A stretch of 64,000 nt of DNA from Gonapodya sp. JEL0774. Its lineage: Eukaryota. The notes under the pieces were generated by a model. It was not told where the DNA came from, did not search any database, and was given only the letters and a program-made list of their open reading frames with translations. Each line of letters begins with the position of its first letter. Within the stretch, counting starts at the first letter, position 1. Shown here piece by piece: positions 40,334 to 52,400 of the stretch. The stretch lies in assembly GCA_027604505.1 (NCBI GenBank), contig JADIIX010000122.1, positions 1 through 64,000 of the forward strand. Direction: 5' to 3'. The translations under genes and the position numbers were made by a program.

Positions 40334-43300
40334 ATGAATCGTTTCGGAAAGCTGGGCGACGTGGAAGGGTTATTCAGCGATGTATTTCCCCATCCCTCAC
40401 TCCCCATACTCGCGACAGTGGGCGCTGCCACGGAACGACGAACCATTGAGATACGACGAGAAGATTGCTCTATTGTCACATCTATTGACACTGACTCGGA
40501 TCCACCAGCGTTCATTTTGGCGTGGCATCCCACCAAATCTGCGTTCGTGATGAGTCTTACAAATGGTCCGATGCAACACCCGCTTCACCAATGAAATGCC
40601 CTGAAATTTGAATCGATCCGACTTCTTTGCAGGCTCGCTTGCCGTCTGGACTAAGCCTGACAAATTTCTGCGAAAGCTTCCACAAAATCATACCAGCGTC
40701 AATGTCCTTCACTGGAGCGAGACTGGAGAGCATTTTGTCAGCTGCGGTGTGGTCAGTCTTCAACGTTTTCGAGTGCTCGTAACCAACTTTTGATGATTTC
40801 TCTGAAGGGGGGTGATGTGGCAGTATGGAGAGTGGATCATCGAGTGAAACCGTCACTGTGCAGCAGTTACCGCTTGAAAGAGACGATTGTTCAGTGCCTA
40901 TGGCGAAATAATGAAAACCCAGACACGAGGTCTGAAATGAAGGAGTACGGCATGAAGAGCAACAATCATTGAAATTTTCTCTTTATTCAGGGTGGTTCGC
41001 CGTGGGTGCTCATTTTTTCTTGGTGGTGCGTCTGGTGGCATCTATGTCGCGGATGACACTGGCCGCTGCAATTTGGAAGCATCATGTGCTGGGAAAGTCA
41101 GACTTATGTCTTCCTCAAAGGAACACAATTGCCTATATGTGGTCACTGGAACTAATACCGTTCACAGGTTTGGGATGCAAGGAAGAATTGCGGAACAGTT
41201 GCAGGTCAGCAAAATCAAATCATGAACTGTATTCCCACTCTTCTTAAAGCAATGCTACGATCATCACAGTTGCGGTTTGGGTCCATTAGTGATACTGAAC
41301 TTCCATGTGTGTGGATAAAATGTGGCTGGCTTGCATATGGAGTTGGACCTAAGCTTCACATCTGTGATGCATACTCTGAAGTTCTTTACCACTTGGAAAC
41401 ACAATGTGGGTTAGATGGGAATAATCTTGAAGTGACATCCTGATCTACAAAGACGATACCTTAGTTGACAGAGAGTCAGAAGTTTTAGCACTGGAGTACA
41501 ACCCCAAGATTGAAACACTTGCAGGTCATTGATCTTGATTTGAAAGAATTTTGGTTACTGGCTTCATCATGCTTCAATTGCAGTGTTGCAAACATCTGGG
41601 TCCTTACATCTGTTGGCATTGTCTCATTTGAACAATGTGCATGAACTCACAGTGAAGGCTCAAGTACAGAACTTTCTGCTTCATAGATCAAACATGTCAT
41701 ATGTCTAAAACTTTCTAACTCTAGCCTCTGTACTCTGTCAACCTGGGTACTGACATATCTAGCAATAAGCTGAAGTGGGGTGGGTATCATGCTGGGTGGA
41801 CTGGACTGTCCAATGAATCACTAACAGATAATGCAGGCTCAACAAACCTGTGCCATCTGTCACAGCAGGCATCTCTCAGCAATTTTGGGGTATTTTCATC
41901 TCATGTGGTGTCTCAATGGCCAAACATCATTCTGCAAACTGGGATAAGGGATGTTCTCATGGCAGATTTGCTGGCAGAGGTATGACTAGGCCCCTATGTT
42001 GTGACTTGAACAGAGATTTCATCTCTTTCGTCAATAAGACACAGAAATCTTTAACTGTGCAATTCCATATAAAGGGCATTTCTTGTGACAAAAAGCACAT
42101 TGCTGTATGGGGTTCAGAAGATCTGCAGATTTACTCCTCACAAACAGGTACGCAGATGGATAGTTTTTGTCAAAGTCTTTTTATTTAAGTGATACTTTAT
42201 GTAGGACAAATCCTCAATCACATACATAAATCTGAAGTTCAGATGGTTGCCATTAATGGAGATAATCTCATCATTGCTTCAGATGATAGACTTGAAATCC
42301 AGAGGCATGGGGAACTTCTCAATCATTCAGTTGACCTTCCATGTGAATGTGGCCCAATACTTCTAACATTAAAGATCAAATCAGGACTTTTGATTGTAAG
42401 CTAACTCTCCATGATTCCTGTGCTTATCATATTATAATAAGTTAATTGTCAGGTCACTAGCACTGGTAAAGCTTTACTTATAGGTGCTGTAACTGGAAGT
42501 TTTAAGCTAATCAGGACAGTACTTCTTGAGTGGAAGTAAGTGATACAAACAATGAATGTGTTTGATTTACAGTTTACTCACCACTGTTCTGACACATCAG
42601 TTCCTCACCATTGTGTATTTTGAATGTGAAGTCAAACATGGACTCCTCCATAATTGCTTTAATAGCAAGGGGCACAACTTCCAAGAGTGAGATCTTGCAC
42701 CCTTTTAGAGACAAAAGCCAAAAATCTGAGGGTGCATTCTTTCCAGCTTCCGACTTATACTATTATGACATTGAGATGGACAAATTAGACAAGGTGGATG
42801 TTGACTTGACAGGTCTGGATGTAAGTCCACAAATGGACTGTCCATATTGAATTCCAACATGATGCTTCCCATCCCAATAGTTGAGAAGCTTGATGTGGGA
42901 TGGGGTTGATAACCGCATCATAGTATGTCACGCAGAGCCAAAAGAAACCTTTCAGGACAGGCCAATGTTCACAGTGAGCTTGATTTTGTTAACATTATGA
43001 AATTACAAAAGAATGCTCAGTTATAACACATTCAACTACTTTTGGGACAGAAATGTTTTGTAATCCTACTGCTACCTGGACATGGCTCACATTTGCAAGA
43101 AGTAGTTGTCATTGAGGATACAGGCGCACACCTACTTGCAGTTCAAGCCCCTAATATAATTCTGGGTACACAGCTTCTGACAGGTTTGTACAGACTTTCC
43201 ATACCTCTGTACCATGGTTGAATTGTTTCTGTATTTTATCATAGGAAAATTGCAAGTAATCAAGCACACCATCCCTTCTCTATCTTATGATAGTCAGAAC

Positions 43301-46280
43301 AATATTTCTGCAGTCAAGAAAATTATAGACATTGCTGCCAGTCTGGCTTTTGGTAGTGTTGATGAAGCAATGAAGGTTAGTTTGTGTAAATGTGGTGCCT
43401 GAAAGGAAACATTCACATGGATTCTTACTAAGATAATGGAAGATATTGAAAGCAAGGATGCTTGGCAATCATTAGTGAGGTACTGCATTTCCTCATGTAG
43501 ATTGGATCTGGCAAATGTCTGTATGGCAAAGACAGAGCAAGTGTGGGCAGCAAGATTATTGCAGGAAGAAGCAATTGGGAGCAGTGATGAAGTGCATTTG
43601 CAATGTCTTCTGGCATCCAGTGCTGGTGAGGTCATATCTCCATTTCCAATTATTAGTAAGAATTTTGCACCTACAAGCATGTTGACAGGCTTGTCAAATC
43701 CAGTGGAGTTGTGCACCCAGAACCAGCAATATGATCTGCTGGTAGACTATTACGGGGTAAGCATGTTCTTCACCACAAGTTGGCCCATTCATAGAAAACA
43801 TTCTTGATCAGGCTTCTAACAATTGGGAGGGAGCAATTCAGACAGCAGAGCGCTTTAACCGTGTTAATGTCAAAGCAGCATATCATCAATATGGCCTCTG
43901 TCTAAATGAAGCTGGGGATTTCACTGGAGCTATAGCAGCACTTGAGCACTCTGAGGCATATATGTGAGGCGGACTTACTGACTGACTCTGTGGAACATGA
44001 CTTTAGTCTGTGATTCCAAAGACATCACATGCCCAATCTTATGCTTGCAAATGGGATACATATTTCAAATCAAGCATTTCAAAGAGCTGAGAGTGTGAGT
44101 GCCGTTAGATATTGCACTTCACAACCTTGCATATAAAGGGTTCTTCAATCACAGCCCCTTTTGAAATGGTGGGGCCAGTACTCAGAGAGCATTGGCAATG
44201 AGAAAGATGCCATGCTTTACTATGAGAAAGCAAATGATACCCTTTCCAAGGTCCGCCTCTTATGTGCCCAAGGAGACATAGGACAGGTCAGAGTCAAATT
44301 GTGTCTAGACCATTATCAACAGTTCTGAAAAATTAGTGTGAAGGCAACAAGCATGGCAAGAGCTTCTGGAGATTGTTCTTCCTTCTATTACCTTGCAAAA
44401 CAATTTGAGGCACAAGGCTTGGTAAATAGATGTGACGTTGCTTCAAGGAACTGCTAATTTACGGTCCATGCAGCACACAGATGCCATAGCCTATTATGCT
44501 TCTGCTAATTGCTTCACTCATGCAGTAAATATTGCAAGAAAGCATGCAATGGTGAATGAACTAATGACACTTGGTCAGGAAGGAACTGATCAAATTAAAC
44601 TTACAGTGGCAAGGTGAGTACCAATATGAAATGAAGTTGGTTGCCCATAATAAAATAAACACACCAAAAGATACTTTGAGGAGAAAGGAGATTATGCAAG
44701 AGCAGTGGACCTGTACACTAAAGGAAATCATATCCAGAGAGCTGTGGAGATTTGCCTACGCACCTCAGACGTGAATCTACTCAGGCATCTTGGTGATTAT
44801 CTGAATCTGCAGCCCACTCATATATTTCATAGATTCACAATACTAACAGTATCCTTTAGTTCACAAAGAGGGCCAAATTAAAAGTTCAATTCTCAGATAT
44901 CATGTGGTGGATGCTCTGCAAGGTGGGGGTTACATAGAGGATTCCATTGATTTGCTCCTCTCAAGTGGAGATCCAGTGAAAGTATGAGGTTTAAAGTTTA
45001 CTTGTTGAAATATTGCTGATAACATGTGCTGGGGCAAGGCATTTGAAGCTGTTTTACAGCATGGGATAATCCTTTCTGAGTCACTGGCAGATGCATTCAG
45101 CAAAAAATTTTCAATTGAACCCACACAAGAAAGGAATATAATGCTCAAGAAACTGGGTGAATATGCTCATGTGCAAAAATCATACACTGTAGCTTCAAAA
45201 CTTCTTAGTCAGGTGATTGTTCAAAGAGTTACCCCCATTTCTAACTTAAAGGCACATCTATCCCCTCCAGGCTGGTGACAGGGTTGGGGCCATGAAAGCA
45301 CTGCTACAATCAGGAGAGACTGATAAGATCATTTTCTTTGCAAGTGAGTGCTGACAAACATGATGGAGCAGCAATCTCAAACAAGAACAGCAGCTACTGC
45401 AACACTCATGTTATAATCAAGATATATGTGGTCATAAACACAAGGAAGTTTTTATTCTTGCTGCAAATTTCCTACAGTCTCTTGCTTGGAGAGAGAACCC
45501 TGAGCTCATGCAAGTTATTATAAGCTTCTACACAAAGGTTGGATAGTGATGTTGCAAAACCTGGGAGTACCAACTAATTTCTTTTTTTGTTTGACTTGAT
45601 TACAGGCCAATGCTATGGAAGCCTTGAGTAGTTTTTATAATGCATGTGCTCAATTTGAAGTTGAGGTGTTCTTTAGCTATGAGAAGGTCAGTCTCATGGG
45701 ATGGACTTATCAATGATATTTGTGGGCTAAGAGCTTTTGTGCAGGCACTAAGTGCAACCAAGGAAGCAAGGCAATGCATTTCACAGGCAGCAGGTGCTCA
45801 ACAAAAAGTAAAATCATTCAATCGCAAGGCAAGTTCTCAGAAGTAACCCATCTTGGATACTTTGAACACCTAAGCTGGATACCAATGGACAATTATCAGA
45901 TTGAACTGATGGAGAGATTCTTAGCTGCAAAAGCACTCATACAGAGGAATTTAGAGGAAGGGATAAACCAATGCCATGAGCTCTTGCGCACGCCAGACTT
46001 GGAGGTGAGTAAAGAGCAGTGGGTAAATTGGCACATAGTAAACCACAAACTTCAATTCATGCACAAAAATTCTCCAAAGACCTCTGGAGCTGTTAGGACA
46101 GGTGACATCCTTGCAACAATAATTGAAGCATTCTGTACTGCAACCCACTTAGAGCAAGCTCAATCTGTGTGGAGCACCATGAAAATGACTGTCCCAAGAG
46201 CAGCTTCCTACTTTCAAAACCCAAATATAGTTGATGCACTGGAAAATTATGATGTTGATTCTAATGTTCCTCCTGAGTAA
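40334..46280 (+). CDS. IFT140: Intraflagellar transport protein 140 (WD40 + TPR), many short exons
   Basis: HPSLPILA...LAWHP WD repeats; [73 protein letters not shown]...IISFYTKA; AVRTGDI. Confidence 0.92.
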
Positions 46281-46300
46281 TACACAAAATGTACAAAAGT

Positions 46301-46935
46301 TTACCCAGTCCGCAAGATTATGTGAAGACCAGAGTCACTTTCCACAATATTGCTCAATTCCCCAACTTTGAGCTCAAACGAAGCCTGCTCAAATGACGGC
46401 TGCATTTTGCCATGGTCAAACCACCCAAGATCACCACCGGCTTTAGCTTTGAGAAATATGCACAGTGAATTGCAATTGTTTTGTTGGACGCAGTCTCTCA
46501 AATGAGGCTCACCAGAGCTGCAATCAGATTCAGTACTAGCGATGGTGGCGAAATCCTCTCCGTTTACAATTCTTTCCCGGTAGCCCCTGATTATGCCGTC
46601 AGCTTCTTCTTTCGAGCGAGTGATATCTTTCTGCCTCCAGCTCGATGGCCGTCTCGAACCTGGATCACATTGCCAAGTGAGTACTCTTTCATTCAAGAAC
46701 AATCTTACAATCCCCCATCACCTTTATGCTTTTGAAAATCACACGTAAGGATTAAATGTTAGTGAACAATGTGTGCCACTTTTTCGATATTCACCTTGAC
46801 GAGAATGTGGCTCGCCCTGACTGCTGTCACCACCCCATTCGGGTTGGGATTCTCCCACACAGATTCACCGGTACTCGGCTTGAACCAATATGGCCGCTGC
46901 CTCGACTTGGAAAACTGCTGAACCCACTCGGTCAT
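46301..46935 (-). CDS. ESS1: Peptidyl-prolyl isomerase Pin1/Ess1 (WW + parvulin)
   Basis: [30 protein letters not shown] (WW); [50 protein letters not shown]. Confidence 0.95.
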
Positions 46936-47046
46936 TCCGACAGGGAAACGTTGGTGTGGGGCGATTAGTTAACTTGCTTTGGTCAGTCCGGCCATTCCAC
47001 ATCCCGCGAATACATAAATTTTGAAATCAAATGATTTGCAATAACG
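46936..47046. promoter_or_regulatory. Putative bidirectional promoter ESS1 / POT1 (111 bp)
   Basis: Head-to-head ATGs at 46935(-) and 47047(+). Confidence 0.55.
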
Positions 47047-48950
47047 ATGTTGCAGATCAAGGACCTGACCGTAAACACGCTTGCAGACTTTTTCGCCGTC
47101 GTGGATACTGCGAAGCAAATACATCCGTCGAATGGACCAGGTTTGTGCGCCTCTCTCATGCGATCCTTCCTTCGGTTGGACTGGTTGTTCCCGCTTCGCT
47201 GCAGACTTTGTTCTTGTGGTCTCGGTCGTGGATGAAAGCTGCCGTGACGGTTATTCATTGCAGGTGTCTCTGTTCAATGAGGACAGGAACTTGCTCCCAC
47301 AAGTTCAAGGGGGCAGGGGCGATATCATTGAGTTCAGGTCCTTGAAGGTACAACTTCGCTCACCACAGATTCGTTGACGTCGAAGGCTGATAACCGTTTA
47401 TTTCACTCACGGAGATTCAACAATTCAACAAAGGGATGCAGGCCTGCTCTTCGGATAAGACCTCATACAAGGTTGTCAATACTTCGAGTCCTTTGAGTCG
47501 AGCAGCACAGAACCGTGTCCATGAGCTTTCCGAATGGTGGCAAAGAATGCAGACGCCTCAGAATCGTGTAAATGCTTCGAGAACATCAAAACCGAGGCCC
47601 GTCCTGGAGACAAAGGAAGTTACCGCTGACAAGTATTTTGATTACATCGCTGAGGTACTTGCGGCCGAATTTACGAAAGAATTTCTTATTGAAAACTTAC
47701 TACAAATAAGGACTAGGTTCTGGATATTGGACCATGTACTGGGAATAAGGTCGTAGTCCGACTATCTGATTACACCACCAACGTGGAGCTTCTACGGTAA
47801 CTGAGCATCCAGAAGCAGCTTTACTGCGTACCCACGTCTGCTCCGTTATAATAGGCTACCGCAACACATCGGCCAAAAGTTCAAAGGTGCTTCACATGTG
47901 TTTACCTGCACGCTCTGGTAGGGCTTTTCCGATTGGGCGTTCTCGTAGAGATTGCGTCTAGACATTCTGTGCGAATATAAGGGACGAAAACGCAAAAGCT
48001 GCCGCTTCTCTTAGGACTGGATCATATATATTAATCCGCAATGTTAAAGCGAAGCGACGGGATGGTTATCTCGAGGGGGATGCCCGTGTGGACAGACATC
48101 AACCGAAGTCTAAACTTAGTGTTCTTTCTGAGGATGACCGCCGTTTGGATCACTTGAAGATGTAGGTCCCTCCTTTGATCGAATCAGTGTTCGTAGTAAC
48201 GTCTTTTCTCCGGTGATTTTGGGAACAGGCGTCGGCGCCGTTTTACTGACAGTGGGAGTATCTATTCAGTTGAGCACGATTCTCCGCCACATGGGGACGC
48301 CTCGAAGAACGTTGAACTCAACCATCACGCCAATACGAGCGACGGGACTACTTTAGTTGGCATTCGAAACAATCCGAAGGTAACCTTAAAGCGCGTTACC
48401 AGAAATGCCGACATTTTTCTCAGCCATCGTTTATTGCAGGTACCCAATAGGTACAGATGCCGTGCAGTCATTACGGACCATCGACCAACCTTTCTAGAGG
48501 ACTTTTGCAGACCATTTTGTTCGAATTGCTGCGAGAGGTACGAGAATATTGACCTCCGCATTAAGAACTGACGTCAACAGAGCAAAAAGCTGTCCCCCAG
48601 GACCTGAGCCCACTTGCCCGTTCTGCGAAACACAATTGGACAATGCTGCGCAATACGTGTACATGTTTTCAATTCTTCTCGAGGACTCTGGTGGCCAATT
48701 GGAAGTTATCGTTCACGGGCAAGATGCGGTGAGTATCCTTCTACAAGACGCCAATTCAAAACTGTCTCCTGACGAGAGTTGTTGCCAGGAGTCTTTTTTA
48801 GATTTACGCGCATGCAACTTATATGAGAACGCAACTGAACTCTTCATCCTCCAGAGGAATATGTCTAAGCACTTGCAGGCGGACTCCGATTTTCTAGTTG
48901 AATCGTACAGATCCTCAGATGACGTTGTTCATTTCCGGTTAGTTGCCTAG
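47047..48950 (+). CDS. POT1: Protection of telomeres protein 1 (OB folds); 3' end approximate
   Basis: DFFAVVD..., VSVVDES, LFNEDRNLLPQV...GDIIEFRSLK|IQQFN (OB1); KYFDYIAEV, LSDYT and CTLWDEN (OB2); C-terminal Cys pairs and YVYMFSILLEDSGGQLEVIVHGQDAESF. Confidence 0.85.
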
Positions 48951-49421
48951 CAAATCTATCTGCAATATTATTGTTCCCCAGAAGAAGAGGAGCTTACCTA
49001 GAAGTGCGAGAAGTTGAGCTTATTAAGGTAGAGGACAGAGTGGACTCGAACAAAGCATCCCAGCGAGCATCTTGAGAGGGTTCCACAGAGGATAGACCCA
49101 AGCTTACATATCATTTCAGCACTGCTATCATTCCTCCGAGTTCAATAGTCCTCTCGCTGGGAGGTCATTGATTCATTAAGGCAGGCATGGAAGGCGAAGC
49201 ATCGCTTTTGTGGATGAACGGACCAACCAAGTCAATCTCCAAATTCCGGTCATCTGTACCGTGTGGTGCTCATAACCTTGTTACTGCTTCCATTCTTGTA
49301 ATACATTGCATCAATAATGGAATAACTATATGAGCTGTAATTACAATGAACATGAGTTGTCCGCAGCCCTCAGGAACTTCCCTGTCTTCTTCACCTGAGC
49401 ATCACTTATCTTCGTTGAGAC

Positions 49422-52400
49422 ATGCCCGCCCATGACGACGCGATTCGTTCCGAAATCGCAACCGAGATCTCAGCTGGGATTGAATTGGATACGCATGTCC
49501 GAGACATCGGTGACCTGTACTCCGGTTCGTTCAACTGGTTCGGTTGATGCAGCTGTCACAAAGGAGTCACAATTTTTATCGTGACGACAGGCCTCCACAC
49601 TGTAATGTATCACGATCCCCCATACTGGGCTCCATTAAAGCGGCAAAAGGTCACTCCTCTTCCTGAGGGCTTATTTGAGCAGTATGAAGGTGGTAATCTT
49701 GCCAAATTCAGGTCCCTAGAGTGAGGTTTAATCATGATTCCTTTATAAAGCTCTTCAGATCCGGAGTTTTATGGGTCTATGTCCAGAAATCTCGCGCGCA
49801 TGGGTTACGATAGACCACAGACTTATACTATGGGAGTATGAAAGCCAGTGAGAGATTATGACATATCGTCGGGAAAAGAAAACAGGTTTCTGTCTCACTT
49901 CTGTGCTGAACGCTCAGGTCGGATTTGTTCATGTTCGAAGATCAGGACCAAGTCATTCTTAGTGTTGCTCTTGTGAAGCCCTTGCAAGGTAATACAATCT
50001 GTCTACTGGATTGCATAGTCCACCATACTTTCCCCTTTCTCTGCAATTCTAGGTGTATTTATTGACACCGTTGAGTATCTCCTTGTGGTGGCGACTCCCC
50101 TGGAAATTTTCATTCTGGGAGTTGCTTTTGGTGACTCACCACCAACAGCTGAGCGATGGAAAGGCCCGCTAATCCTTTACAAAACGCAAATGAGTGCTTC
50201 TTGTGAGGAAGTCACTATCATTTCTATAAAAGGAACTGGGGAGGGTCGCATATTTATGGGTGGCTCGAACGGCAGACTCTACGAGCTTGTGTACCAGGTA
50301 AAGTCGTTCTCCTCCTGCAAAACAATTAATTATCATACTGAATACGCGTGGGTCAACAGGCGGAAGAAGGATGGTTCACCCGCAAGTGTTTTAAAATCGA
50401 TCACAGCTCCACGTTGACACACTACATGCCCATACCTTGGCGTACAGAAGAAGGTGCGAACTTACCATTCAGTCGCATCTCTCAGATAGACGAGATCGGA
50501 GCTCACTTGCAGGCGTTAATACAGATCCAATCGTTGGACTTAGTGTTGATGATTCTCGCCACTTGCTCTTCACTTGGTCTCAATCTTCAAAATTAGATGT
50601 TTGTTGTGTTAAGTTCTTTGTCTAAAAGTACTCAACCTCATTAGTGCTCGGACACTTCAGCTTTACTATTTGGGGCAGCGTAGGCGCCAGGTTCAGCAAA
50701 TTGCAACACTACGTGATGGCGAATTGATTCGCGCGGTCAAAGCTCTTCAACCCAGCCTTGACACGCGAAGCTTTCGAATTATTGCGGTAGATCCGATTCT
50801 TCTTCACCACTCCAAGCGACTTCATGCGGTCGTCACAACATCCACGGGTGAGTTACGGCGTTATCTATCGATTCCACCATTCGTCACACATTTGTCTAGG
50901 CCATCGTCTTTTTCTGAAGTGCTGGGACGGAACTGCTACGCCCAGCGAAGGCCTTCCAAACTGCTTAAAAGTATCACACATTTGTCCGCCGCCAAGTTCT
51001 CTGTTGTCCGATCGGCTGCAGGAAGGCTACGATGCGGCAACGAACTCCGGGGGCCTTTGGCTGGCATCTAATTGCGTTTCTGAAAATTCGGATCTCCTCG
51101 TTGGTTCATGTGTGGACTATTCCACGGCCCGCCTGGTAATTTAACAATTTATGAACAGTGTGGTCCTTTGTATTCACCTCTTTATCCTTTTAAAACAGCA
51201 GAAGACGTCACTGTTATCAACGACGGTTCCGCCCGGCGAATACTTCGGGGTGATAGAGAACGCAGGGCGGACTTGGACCATCGTCGAAAAACCAGCAGCC
51301 GGGAGATTCAAGAATGAGCTGGCTCTCATCAGTACATCTGAATTTGTGCAACAACTTGCTTCCCCACAAAGGCGGTACCACGTGCTCACAAACTTGGGTT
51401 AGTATCGCGTCAAGGTGTATGGCCCCGGTTGTTCGAGCGCTCACTATATCTTGACTAGGTATCACGGAGATCGTCAAACAGAGACCGATCGATAGTTTGC
51501 TGGAACTCTTCCAAGAGGCAACGCAGACAGGCAACTTCAACAAGATTGGATCCTTCTTTCAATCGTGAGTTCAGTTCTGTGGAGTTCGGATGTGTCATTT
51601 CTCATCCAAAAATGCAGGGTTGGCCGTGATGAAGGATGCGCCATGTGTGTCGCGATTGTATGCCGGAATCCATACTTACCAATGTAAGACAGCTCCACGA
51701 TGTTCATTGACTCGATGTTTGGGAAGTTAACTTTTGCATTACAGCCAGCCAGGTGCGTTGTGGAATGGAATTATTCAGGTTCTCAGGCTCTCATCTGTCA
51801 GTTCCCATAGATGATAGAATTATTGCAGTTGCGACCCGATGCTATCACGAGTTGGGATCACAACCAACGTCCGACTCCCTTCCGTCCACTTCTACTTGTG
51901 AGCTAGTTTCCCGTTTGAAACTTGCACAGTGGCATTTCAGTGATATTCTGCGGTGTTGCACCTGTGCTGAGCAGTGACACCGAGGCCAGTCAGAAACCAT
52001 GGCAAGGTGTTTGCCCTGTTGACCTACTTCCAGCGAATTCTGAAGAATATTTGGGGAGTCCGGCTTGTTCAGCAGTGAGTCGTCCCAGTTTTATCTCATA
52101 ATGCGTTTAACATTTTATCCTCAGAAGCTTGGATGGCCGTTTGACTTTCACACTATCTGTTGATGAGGCTTTGGATGCCGAGATGCAGTTGGACTCACTG
52201 AGCAGTGCTATTGGAAGGTATTTTCTGATTGTATACCAAATATTCAAAGTGGCTAATGCCCTGTTTGCAGCGATTTATCAGTGCATCGCGCAGATACCCA
52301 TGCTCCCATCGCAAATGGCATGGAAGCGCAAATCGAGGTGACCATCTGCTGACTCCTCTGTTGCCTTTGTTCCCGTCCAACGAACTCATCGGTGATGCCT

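Noticed and set aside
48951..49421. Possible ncRNA between POT1 and NUP170 (10-bp inverted repeat TCCCAGCGAG / CTCGCTGGGA)
   Set aside because: No recognisable snRNA, snoRNA or tRNA boxes. It may be UTR or an extra POT1 exon.
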